From Spirochaetia bacterium (lineage in GTDB: Bacteria; Spirochaetota; Spirochaetia; SZUA-6; Bin103): a DNA stretch of 64,000 nt. The notes beneath the pieces were generated by a model. That model saw nothing but the letters and a program-made list of their open reading frames with translations, searched no databases and was not told the origin of the DNA. Made by a program: the position numbers and the translations under genes. Of this stretch, positions 31,367 to 41,351 are shown piece after piece; position 1 is the stretch's first letter, and every line of letters starts with the position of its first letter. The DNA lies in assembly GCA_965198005.1 (NCBI GenBank), contig CBDAOI010000002.1:736001-800000 (forward strand), given 5' to 3'.

Positions 31367-32653
31367 TTTCCAAGAACCCTGAGCATCGCACTGTGCCATG
31401 GCGCGACAAGCACGTCAAGTCACCGATTCGGTGGCCAGCAATTCTCGGTGAACGGCTGGTAGAGGGGCAGAGTGTCATAAGCTCAAGCCCTCCGTATGTG
31501 AAATGCGACCATGCCCCACCTGTTGGCCCACCGCGTGAATGCGCGACCCAATAATACCCATTCCTCCCGTGAAAGGCATGCACCGGACGGCCCGACCCGG
31601 CCCGACCCGGCCCGACCCGGCCGAACTTCTATAACTGATTGCAGGTGAAGTAGTTAGCCACCGTCATGCAGCCCCGTGCGATGACCTGACCACCGTCAGC
31701 CACCGCCGCTCGGCCGATGCCGCGGGCTGGCGCGGTGCCGCGATCGGCCCTTCGGGGCCGGTTGCCCGCGCGCCGCCGGCACACCTGCGCCGCAGCCCCA
31801 GTCAGGGATCGTTCAGGGAGCAGGTTCAGTTCCCCAGGGAGCGGCTACCCGGACAGCGGCTGCGGCGGCGAGTTCATCCGCACCAGCACCTGGTCCCACG
31901 ACGGGATCAGGAATAGCCGGAACGTGGCACGCACCGCGCCCCAGAACTCCCGGCGCGACCCGAACCCAGCCCGCACCTGCTGATACAGACCGTCCACCAG
32001 CTCGAATATCTGGTGCATGAAATAGGCCAGCAGGTTGAGTAGGAAGAACGCCTCCGACAGGTACTTGTCACCGTGGCCGAAGTTGTGCTCCAGGTGATAG
32101 CCCTGGTTCTTCAGCGTATTGAACCCCTCGTTCTCGATCTTCCAGCGTGCCCGTCCCGCACGCACGATCCGCGCTACGCTGTCCGCGGTGGGCACCAAGT
32201 CGGTCACCCAGGCGTTTTGATAGGTGGTCGTGCCGGCCCGTACGATGCGGTAGTGCACGAAGTTGATCTGGGGACTGCGGGGGTTGCCGTTCAGCGGCAC
32301 CCCGGTAACCCACTCGTATTCATGCCGGTCCCCGGTCGCGTCGATCGTGCAGTGGTGGTCCAGCAGCCGACCGCGGCGCAGCCCTTCGATATCCTGGTAC
32401 AGGCTGGTGTGACCCTCCGGCTTGGCCACCAGCAGAAACGAGAAGCGGGCGGCGCGCACCTGTTCGATGAACGGTTGCTTGGAGTACAGACTCAGACTTC
32501 CTGACATGGTGCGCTGACCGGCTCCCGCGTTAGTCGCTGGAACGCTCCAATAACCCGGTTTTCGGGCATTTCTGCTCTCCGATACAGTCTTTTCGCTTGA
32601 CATACCATGGTTCAATAGGGCCATATATGATGATACATGTTTGGAGCACTCCC

Positions 32654-35223
32654 ATGATCCTCTCCCTCCCGTTCTCCCTTCCCGACGCCACCCCGATCGG
32701 CGACCAGCACGCCATGCAGACCCGTGCCGGCATCACCTACTACTTCTACAACCTCGAACCCTACGACTGCCACCCGGCCGGCGACCGCCGCGCCATGCTG
32801 CTGCGCGCCGCCAAGCTGCAGGTCGTCTCCGGGGTCCGCCAACGCGACCTCATGCGTGCCTTCCAGGTCTCGCGACCGACCGTGGCGCGAGCAGTCAGAC
32901 GCTATCGGGAGCACGGCGAAGACGCGTTTTACGGGCCGCTACGGAGGCGCGGGCGCACCGTCGTCGACGCCCAGATGGCCGACCAGGCCGCCAAACTGCT
33001 CGCCTCCGGGATGAGCGGCAACGCGTGTGCACGGCACCTCGGCATCGCGGCGACCACTTTCAAAGCGAACCGCCGCGCCGGCGTCATCGTCGAGCCCGCG
33101 CGGACGCACACCGGGAGCGTGGACGCTCCGCAAACGCACCAAGCTCCGGTCGCCGATCACGCCCCCAGCGTGGACGCTCCGCAGACACATCAAGCTCCGG
33201 TCGCCGATCACGCCCCCAGCGTGGACGCTCCGCAGACACATCAAGCTCCGTCCGCCGATCACGCCCCCAGCGTGGACGCTCCGCAGACACATCAAGCTCC
33301 GTCCGCCGATCACGCCCCCAGCGTGGACGTTCCGCAGTTCCGCAGACACATCAGGCTCCGTCCGCCGATCACGCCCCCAGCGTGGACGTTCCGCAGACAC
33401 ATCAAGCTCCGTCCGCCGATCACGCCTCCAGCGTGGACGCTCCGCAGACACACCAAGCTCCGCCCACCGATCGCGCCACCCGCGACGCCCGCGACAAGCA
33501 CGCGCCCATGGGCCGCGCGGCGCGCGACGTCGAGGGCCGCACGCTCGCCAGCGCCGGCTTGCTGACCGAGGCCACGCCGGTGTTCGCCGAGCCAGCCAAC
33601 GCCGTCGCCTACGGCGGCGTCCTCGCGGCACTGCCGATGCTGCTCCGCGAGGGCCTGCTCGGCGCCGCCAACCGCCTGTTCCGCCTGCCCGCCGGATTCT
33701 ATGGCCTGACCACCATCCTGCTGTTCGTCGCCTGCATGACCCTGGCCCGAGTACGCAACCCCGAGAGCCTGCGCTACCAGGCGCCTGGCGAGTGGGGCGC
33801 GATCCTCGGCCTCGACCGCGGCCCCGAGACCAAGACCCTCCGCCGCAAGCTCAGGCTGCTCACCAGCGCCGAGCACACCGTGCGCGATTGGCAATCGGCA
33901 CTGGCTCGTACCTGGGCCACCGAGCACCAGGACGACTGGGCGACGCTGGCCGTCGACGGCCACGTGAAGGTATACACCGGGCGCAACGGTCGGCTGCCGA
34001 AACACTTCGTCGCGCGCCAGAAGCTGTGTTTGCCGGCGTCCGTGAGCTACTGGATCAACGCCCTGGGTGGCACGCCCCTGCTGTGCCTGCACAAGGCGCT
34101 CGACCCGAAGTTGGTCAAGGCGCTCGAACAGGACGTGGTGCCGCACCTGCTGCAACTGGGGGTGGTGCCGGAAGTGGCCCCCGACCTGACCCAGCCGGAG
34201 GCCGGCGCGCCGGCGCTCACCCTGGTGTTCGACCGCGAGGGCTGGAGCCCAGACCTGTTCAAGCGGCTGGCCCGGCGCGGCATCGCCTGCATCACCTGGC
34301 ACAAGAACTTCACGGGCGAGGACTGGCCGGAGGAGGACTTCCACCCGCTCGAGGTACCGATCCACGCGCCCGCTGGAACCAGTGCCACCACCGTTGACCT
34401 CGCCGAGAAACCGATAGTACTGCGCAACGGGCTCACGGTCCGCCAGATCCGGCGCCGGCTCGCCACCGGTCGCCAAGTGCCAGTGATCACCACCCACCCG
34501 CAGATGCCCTTGGAGCAGGTCGCCGGCGCCATGTTCTCGCGCTGGTCGCAGGAGAACTTCTTCAAGTACCTGCGCGAGCAGTTCAACCTCGACTCCCTGC
34601 CCACCCATGACCTTGATCCGATTGACCCCGACGCACAGGTCGTGAACCCCGTGCGCCGCGCCCTCGAAAAGACCATCAGGCAGGTACGCAGCCGCTTGTC
34701 AGCGGCCCGCAATCGCCTCGCCGTGGCACTGAAGGAACCCAACCGGGACACCGCCACCCGCCTTGAAGCTGACGCCCAGGCGCTGGACGAACGACTCGAT
34801 GCACTCAGGCAGGAGCGGGCCGACACCCCGACCCATGTCCGCGCCGGCGACCTCTCGGAGCAGGACCGGCTGGACGCCCTGCCGGTTGGCGGGCGCCTGT
34901 TCATGGACGTGGTGCGGATGATCGCCTATCGCGCGGAGACCCGCATGATGGCGCCCGTGATCAGCGCCCAGGGCAAGAAACCGAATGCCCGCAGGCTGCT
35001 GCGCGCGTTGCTGACCTCCGACGCCAACATCATCCCGGAGCCTGCCAAGGGGATTCTGCGGATCCAGCTTCTCGGCCTCGGCAGCGACGCTTGCGACCGC
35101 ATGCTCGCTCCCCTGGTCGAGGAACTCAACGGAACCAACACGATCTATCCCGGCACCGAACTCAGGCTCGTCTACCAGTTGGCCGGTAATCCGCCGCCAG
35201 AAGTGTCACCTGATTCCGCCTGA
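32654..35223 (+). pseudogene. Large HTH-DDE transposase frameshifted by an 8-bp duplication
   Basis: VDGHVKVY, VFDREG, RWSQENFFK; TTCCGCAG x2 at 33330-33345 shifts the frame. Confidence 0.82.
33119..33477 (+). repeat. 51-bp tandem repeat, 6 full copies plus 1 partial
   Basis: Unit encodes VDAPQTHQAP(S/V)ADHAPS. Confidence 0.95.
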
Positions 35224-35973
35224 GGTCAGGAAGTCTGAGACTATCGGCGACGATCACCGCAGCCAGCCGGGGATGGTCGTTACGGATGCGCTGCACGGCA
35301 CGGTAGCCGGCTTTTATTTCACAGTCCTGCTTGCGGCGTTTGGCGCTCTTGGCGCCAGAGTCATCGGCGTTGTGAATGAACCCGGGAGCCAACGGCAGCA
35401 CCTGCCGCTTGTCGGGGTGGACGATGGCGGTCTGCAGGATGTCGTGGTGGTAGCGTACGGTGCCGTTCTTGGTGGCGGTCAGACAGCACTCACAGTTCAC
35501 CTTGTACGAGCTGAAGTACTGGGAGCCGTCCATGGTGATGAGGTAGCGACCGTCGAGGAACTGATAGTGCTGCAGCCATTTGGCGTCCTGCATGCGCCCT
35601 ATCCAGTCGCCGAAGCAGCCGAGCAGCGGTTCATAGTCATGGCTGTCGAGCAGATCGCGGAACTGGGAGTCGGCAGGGATCCGAGCGACGCCAAACGTAG
35701 AGTTGAGGTTGTTGGTGCGCAGTTCGTCCTGGAAGCGGCGTTGGAACTCCAGCACGGAAGGGTCTTGAAGGTAGAACAAGGCGAAACCACACACGTAGCA
35801 ATCCTGTAGGGAGTACCGGACCTTGCTGGCTTGGCGGGTATCGACGACCTTGGCGGCGTGCAGGTTCAAGGAGACCAGGAGCGCACGAAAACGAAGTAAT
35901 AATGGACCTCTGCGGCGACCTCGTGCCATAGGAGACAGCATGACCACCCTGGGATCGAGTGTCCAGACGCTAG

Positions 35974-37838
35974 GAGTCTGTCGGAGTCATGATCGCGGGG
36001 TTATGAAGTGAGCGAGCCCAAGGGAACGCCGTAGGCGGCCGCCTGGCTCGCCAGCGCTTGGTTGCGCTCAGTCGAGTGGTCAAGACAGGCCCTCCGGGAG
36101 GGATTGAGGCCCTTCGGGAGGGATCGTGACGCCAGCAACACCCTCCAAGGTGGCTCCGGCGCCCGTTCCGGCGCCACAGCTCGACCATCGGGACCCACTG
36201 ACCCCACTTATCCTCCTGCCAGAGCATACATCCGCTTCAGATTCCACGCCGTGCACACCAGACTCCATTCTCCCTCGGCGCCGCGTAACCCGCGCAGATG
36301 AAAGCGGCGGAATCCCAGCACCTCCTTGATCACCCCGAACACCGTCTCCACCGTGGACTTCCGCTTGCTATAGATCGCCTTCCCCTCAGCCGTCTGCAAA
36401 CGATGCAGCATCGCCGTCACCGCATCCGCATCGGCAGGACACTCCGGGGGTGCTTTCAGACGGTCTTCCAGCCGCCGGTTGTGGCGTTCCCGGCTCCCCG
36501 CGATATACGGCTCGATGTCCTGTTCCACGCACCGCTCCACGTTCTCTTTGCTGTGGTACCCGGCATCCGCCACCAGCGCCTCCGGCTTGCCCAGCTCGTC
36601 TGCCACCTTTCCCAACTCGTTCAGCGCCGGCGCCACTTCCTGCTTGTCGTTGGCCGCTTGGCTGACGTGGTTGCCCACCACCATGTGACTGTCCTGCTCC
36701 ACCACCGCTTGCGCGTTGTAGCCCTGTATGAACGCCCCGTTCGCGCCCGGCATGATCCGTGATTCTTCATCCGTGAAGTTCACTTGGTCTTTGTCTTTCG
36801 GTCCTGCTTCAGGCTCCTTCGGCGGTCTCCCTCCCAGCTTCTTGCCGGTCTCCGCTTCCCGTTCCTGCCGTCGCTTCAGCTTCGCTTCGTACTCCGCTTG
36901 CTCCGCCGCATGCCGCTCCTGCGCCCGCTCCTTGATCTTCTCCTGCGCTTCCCGAATCGCTGCCAGCCGCTCCTCCCGACGCTGTAATTCTTCCGGAATG
37001 TCCAGCTCCTGCTGTTCCTGCTCCCCCTCCGCGTCCGCTCGCTCCGCCAGCTCCAGCAGCTTCTCTACCTCCCCCTCCAACTGCCGCTCCAGCTTCGTAG
37101 CATGCCCCCAGCTCATCGCTTTGTGCTTGCTCGCGTTCCCCTGCACCTTCGTCCCATCCAGGCTCACCCGCCCCATCCGCAGCGTCCCCAGCGTCTTCGC
37201 CAGCACCAGAATCTGCTTGAACAGCCCTTGTAACTCCGCCAGAAATCGCTTGCGAAAATTCGCTATCGTATCATGGTCCGGATGCTCACTTCCGGTGATG
37301 TAGCGAAACGCCACCGAATCGTACGTCGCCTGCTCCAGCTTGCGACTGGAAAACACCCCGGTAGCGTAGCCATAAAACAACAGCGCCACCAGCATGGCCG
37401 GATGATACGCCTGCTTGCCGCCGCTACCTCCATACTGGCTCGTTATTTCACCGAGCTCCAGTTGCTCCACTATTTCCACTACAAAGCGCGCCATGTGCTG
37501 CTCCGGTAGCCACTCTTGAATGGACGCCGGCAGCAGCATCGGCGTGTCTCGATCAAGCGCACGAAAATCCTCGGCCATGAACACCTCGTGTGCAGAGTAT
37601 GTGCCTGTAACACTAACCGAAATCAAAAACCATGTCCAGCCATCACCACAACAGTGCCAGCAGGCCACTCCGGGTCCGCGATGGGCACTCTCGACTGATC
37701 CCTGTGGCTATTCCTTCTGATCAAGGGACGGCACAACCCAACGATCCGTGACAGCATGAAATTCACACAGCCGCTACTCGCTCTGGAGACCGCTGCCGTT
37801 CTCCTCCGCCTGCCCCGTACGGTCAATCCGACAGACTC
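35974..37838 (-). mobile_element. IS1182-family element
   Basis: TIR GAGTCTGTCGGA; CTAG on both flanks (35970-35973, 37839-37842). Confidence 0.92.
36208..37578 (-). CDS. IS1182 transposase, intact
   Basis: YHPAML, SSRKLE, PDHDTIANFR, DGTK, YNAQ, ADAGY, RKSTVETVFG. Confidence 0.93.
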   Translation of the reverse strand: MAEDFRALDRDTPMLLPASIQEWLPEQHMARFVVEIVEQLELGEITSQYGGSGGKQAYHPAMLVALLFYGYATGVFSSRKLEQATYDSVAFRYITGSEHPDHDTIANFRKRFLAELQGLFKQILVLAKTLGTLRMGRVSLDGTKVQGNASKHKAMSWGHATKLERQLEGEVEKLLELAERADAEGEQEQQELDIPEELQRREERLAAIREAQEKIKERAQERHAAEQAEYEAKLKRRQEREAETGKKLGGRPPKEPEAGPKDKDQVNFTDEESRIMPGANGAFIQGYNAQAVVEQDSHMVVGNHVSQAANDKQEVAPALNELGKVADELGKPEALVADAGYHSKENVERCVEQDIEPYIAGSRERHNRRLEDRLKAPPECPADADAVTAMLHRLQTAEGKAIYSKRKSTVETVFGVIKEVLGFRRFHLRGLRGAEGEWSLVCTAWNLKRMYALAGG

Positions 37839-38069
37839 CTAGGCAACTTATTACATACTCATGACCTATACGACCACTTACGTGCCGTCCCGCCCGCCAT
37901 TGCCCCCTGCGCCGACCCTCTCAATTTTTGTTCACCGAGAATTGCCGTTCGGTGGCATTCGGCGGCTTCGGCAGCGCGGCGCCGGGACCGGTCGTCACGG
38001 ATCACCGTGCCCATGAGAACGCTGTCTGCCACGCGCGCGGCACGCGGTCAAGCGCCGCCCCCGTGTCGG

Positions 38070-39200
38070 TCAGCTGCGCGACGAGCGCGCCCGCACCGCT
38101 CGCCTGAGCGCCTTGCCGCCCTGGGCACCCATGCGTCCCACCCCGCCGCGCAGGCGGGGGTCCAGCAGGTCGCGGACCGCGTCGCCGAACATGTTGAAGC
38201 TGTACACCACGATGGTCAGGAAGATGCCGGGCCACATGGCCAGCCACGGCGCCTGCTGCATGTAATTGCGGCCCTCGCGGCTCAGGAGGCCGCCCCAGCT
38301 GGGAACGCTCAGCGGCAACCCGAAGCCCAGAAAGCTCAGCGAGGCCTCGGTGATGATGACCGCGCCGATGGTGATGCTGTAGATGACGATGATGGGCGCC
38401 AGCACGTTCGGCAGCACGTGGCGCAGCACCGTGCGCCAGGGCGGGCTGCCTACCGCCTGCGCCGCCTGGAAGTAGGCGTTCTCCTTCACCCCGATCACCG
38501 CCCCCCGGATCACGCGCGAGCTGCCGATGCCGTAGGCCAGGCCCAGCACGCGCCCCGTATGATCGGTTCCCAGCAGATGCTCGGCCGAGGAGCCCTGCAG
38601 CCTTCGGGTAACGTCCTGCCGCTGCTCGGGGTCCGGTGCCAGCACGTCGGCGAAGACGCTCACCAGCACGAACAGCACGATGATGACGGCGCCACCCACC
38701 AGGATGGGCAACTGCAGACCGATCAGCGTAACCACCGGAATCAGGACGTTCTTGACCGCGTGCCGCACCACCACCACCCGCTCCTTCAGACCCTTGGACC
38801 ACGCCGTCCGGATGTAGTCCTGCCGCAGCACCTCCAGCATCATCGTGCGCGTCATCCGCATGGTAGCCGCCGCCAGGTAGGTCCCCAGAATCAGACTCGG
38901 AATCAGGAACATGCCGAGATTCCCCAGCGGGTCTTCGCTGAACGTGATCAGCCGCATCGGCGGCGACCAGCCCCACCAGATGGCCGGGTAGATCATCACC
39001 ATCAGGGCCAGCCAGAAGTTGGGCGTTGCCAGGCCCAGGATGGCGATGGAGCGGCCGGCGTAGTCGACCGCCGTATCCTGGCGAATCGCCGAGTAGATGC
39101 CGACCGGCAGGGCGATCGACAGCTCGGCCAGCTTGATAACAACCGTGTATCGGTCGGTGGCCGTTACCGACTCGCCAGGTGGCCGCGCATACGTAAAGGG
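38070..39200 (-). pseudogene. Collapsed SBP'-dppB'-dppC' chimera
   Basis: SBP fragment (~39122-39200), dppB middle (~38686-39120) and two dppC pieces, in operon order. Confidence 0.85.
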
Positions 39201-39249
39201 TCACCGTGCATCCGGCGTGATACTGGGTGCGGAACGCACGCGCACTCTC

Positions 39250-40182
39250 TCAAACCGACGTGGCGCCGCTGCCAGCGAGAACCCCACCACCACCCCGCAA
39301 CCTTGGATCGAGCAGGTCCCTCACCGCGTCACCGAACATGTTCAGACTGTAGACTGTAATCGTCAGGCAAAGACCAGGCCACAGAGCCAGCCATGGCGCC
39401 GCCTCCATATACTTACGCCCTTCTCGGCTGAGCATACCTCCCCAGCTAGGAAAGTCGACTGGCAAACCGAATCCGAGGAAGCTTAGGGAAGCCTCAGAAA
39501 TAATCACCCCCCCGATGTTGATGCTAAATATGATAATTACGGGAGCCGCAACATTGGGCAGGACATGTCGGATAAAAGTTCTCCATTTTGAGCTGCCAAT
39601 CGCCGCCGCTGCCTGAAAATAGACTTTCTCTTTGACGCCAATAACGGCGCCTCTGACTACTCTTGAGCTGCCGATGCCTCCTGATATCCCCAGGACCAGT
39701 ATTATCTGTGGCAGACCTCGCCCCGCTATGGACATTATCGTTAACAACAGGAGCAGGGCGGGGAAAGCCATCCAGGCATCGACGAATCTCTGCACAGTCA
39801 GGTCCAATTTACCGCCAAAGAATCCTGAAATACCGCCTATCAGGACAGCGATGACAACATTGAGAGCGGTCGCCGCCAAACCGACAGCCAACGAAAGACG
39901 AGCCCCGTGGATAAGGCGGCTCAACAAGTCTCGCCCCACGTAGTCGGTCCCCAGGAGATACCGGGCTGATGAGCCCTGCATCCTGTCTGCCAGGTGTATT
40001 TCCATGTAACGATAAGGAGCCAGAGCATCGGCGAAGATAACCACAAGAATCAATATCAATATCATAATCCCGCTGATTATACCTAGTGGTTTCTCCCTCC
40101 ACAGCCTGATAAAGAAATCAGCCAGCTTGGTACGTCTCTTTGGCTCACCTGCTTGTGACGGTATCCCTGTGACATTACCCAT
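39250..40182 (-). CDS. dppC: ABC permease DppC-like
   Basis: LGTDYVGRD, GARLSL, EASLSFLGFG, PSWGGML. Confidence 0.93.
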   Translation of the reverse strand: MGNVTGIPSQAGEPKRRTKLADFFIRLWREKPLGIISGIMILILILVVIFADALAPYRYMEIHLADRMQGSSARYLLGTDYVGRDLLSRLIHGARLSLAVGLAATALNVVIAVLIGGISGFFGGKLDLTVQRFVDAWMAFPALLLLLTIMSIAGRGLPQIILVLGISGGIGSSRVVRGAVIGVKEKVYFQAAAAIGSSKWRTFIRHVLPNVAAPVIIIFSINIGGVIISEASLSFLGFGLPVDFPSWGGMLSREGRKYMEAAPWLALWPGLCLTITVYSLNMFGDAVRDLLDPRLRGGGGVLAGSGATSV

Positions 40183-40200
40183 ACTCGTGGTTTTTCCCCT

Positions 40201-41157
40201 TTATCTGTAACGGATCGTGGGGTCCAAAAAAGGATAAATCAGGTCGATCATTAGATTGATCCCCATAACCGTGGCGCCGAAGAACAGGTTTATTCCGGAG
40301 ACCACCGGGTAGTCTCTGTTTTCGAGTGCAGTCAGCAGGAGACGACCTATCCCCGGCAGGTTAAATATGTTCTCCATGATCACTGAGCCACCCACCAGAA
40401 TCGGCAGCTGCAGGCCGATCAGGGTCACCACCGGGATGAGCGCATTTTTGACGGCGTGTCTCACAATAACTACCCTCTCCTTGAGACCCTTGGACCAGGC
40501 CGTCCTGATGTAGTCCTGCCGGAGCACCTCCAGCATCATGGTGCGCGTCAACCGCATTGCGCCTGCAGCCGAGGCCGTCCCCAAAATCAGGCTGGGAACG
40601 AGGAACATGCCGAGATTGCTCAGCGGGTCTTCCTGAAAAGGAACCAGCTCCATCGCTGGCGACCAGCCCCACCAGATGGCGGGGTAGATCATGACCATAA
40701 TGCCCAGCCAGAAGTTGGGTGTGGCCAGGCCGATGATGGCAATAGAGCGCCCCGCGTAGTCAGCGGCAGTATCCTGGCGAATCGCCGAGTAGATGCCGAC
40801 GGGCAGGGCTATTACCAGGCCGAGAACGATTGCCATGACACCAAGCTCAACGGTTACTGGCAATCTTTCTAGTATCCTCTCCTCTATCGTATAACCGCCA
40901 ACCAGTGATTCGCCAAGGGTGCCGCGCAGGAAAATATCTCCTAACCAGCGTCCATACTGTACGTAAACAGGCAGGTCTAATCCCAGCCTACGCTCAACAG
41001 CTTCACGGTCAATCCGGCCGGTCGAAGTATCCATCCTCAGCACCATTGCGTCTATTACATCGCCGGGGATGAAGCGGACCCCGAGAAAGACGAGGATGGT
41101 CAAGATAAACAGGGTGGGGATTATCAGCAACAATCGCCTGATGAGATAGACTCTCAC
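40201..41157 (-). CDS. dppB: ABC permease DppB-like
   Basis: YLIRRLL, PGD, DYIRTAWSKGL. Confidence 0.93.
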   Translation of the reverse strand: MRVYLIRRLLLIIPTLFILTILVFLGVRFIPGDVIDAMVLRMDTSTGRIDREAVERRLGLDLPVYVQYGRWLGDIFLRGTLGESLVGGYTIEERILERLPVTVELGVMAIVLGLVIALPVGIYSAIRQDTAADYAGRSIAIIGLATPNFWLGIMVMIYPAIWWGWSPAMELVPFQEDPLSNLGMFLVPSLILGTASAAGAMRLTRTMMLEVLRQDYIRTAWSKGLKERVVIVRHAVKNALIPVVTLIGLQLPILVGGSVIMENIFNLPGIGRLLLTALENRDYPVVSGINLFFGATVMGINLMIDLIYPFLDPTIRYR

Positions 41158-41326
41158 GGGGACACCTTATTCATTGAGTGAGGGCTCGGAAGCGCGATCA
41201 GAAGTGGCGCTCCGAACGCGCTACCGAGCGTGCTTCCAGCCCCATTCTCACGTAGTCAGGAGGGGCGAAGCGCCCCAAAACCGTCGCCCGGGTCGACGCT
41301 TTTGGCCCATCCCGTCCGATCACTAG

Positions 41327-41351
41327 GAGTCTGTCGCAATCCGACAGACTC
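41327..41351. mobile_element. 25-bp IS1182 end-to-end remnant with CTAG flanks
   Basis: GAGTCTGTCG + CAATCCGACAGACTC match the two ends of the element at 35974-37838. Confidence 0.85.

Larger units (their letters stand above)
32493..35237 (+). mobile_element. Nested IS (unclassified DDE), 2745 bp
   Basis: 13-bp TIR CAGACTTCCTGAC; AGACT duplicated at 32488-32492 and 35238-35242. Confidence 0.9.
31845..35929 (-). pseudogene. Host-IS transposase split into 35929-35238 and 32487-31845
   Basis: Removing the insert restores ...IVADSLYSKQPF... and a 445-codon frame. Confidence 0.9.
31436..37947 (-). mobile_element. ISNCY-like host IS (about 1.9 kb when restored) carrying two nested ISs
   Basis: TIRs C(A/G)GCAATTCTCGGTGAA; 9-bp TSD TTCGGTGGC at 31427-31435 and 37948-37956. 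Confidence 0.92.

Noticed and set aside
32641-33345. Arg-rich N-terminus of the 860-aa ORF
   Set aside because: Wrong frame; the real N-terminus is in the 32597 frame, upstream of the 8-bp duplication
33119-33477. CRISPR array
   Set aside because: Contiguous coding tandem repeats with no unique spacers; the same applies to 61613-62179
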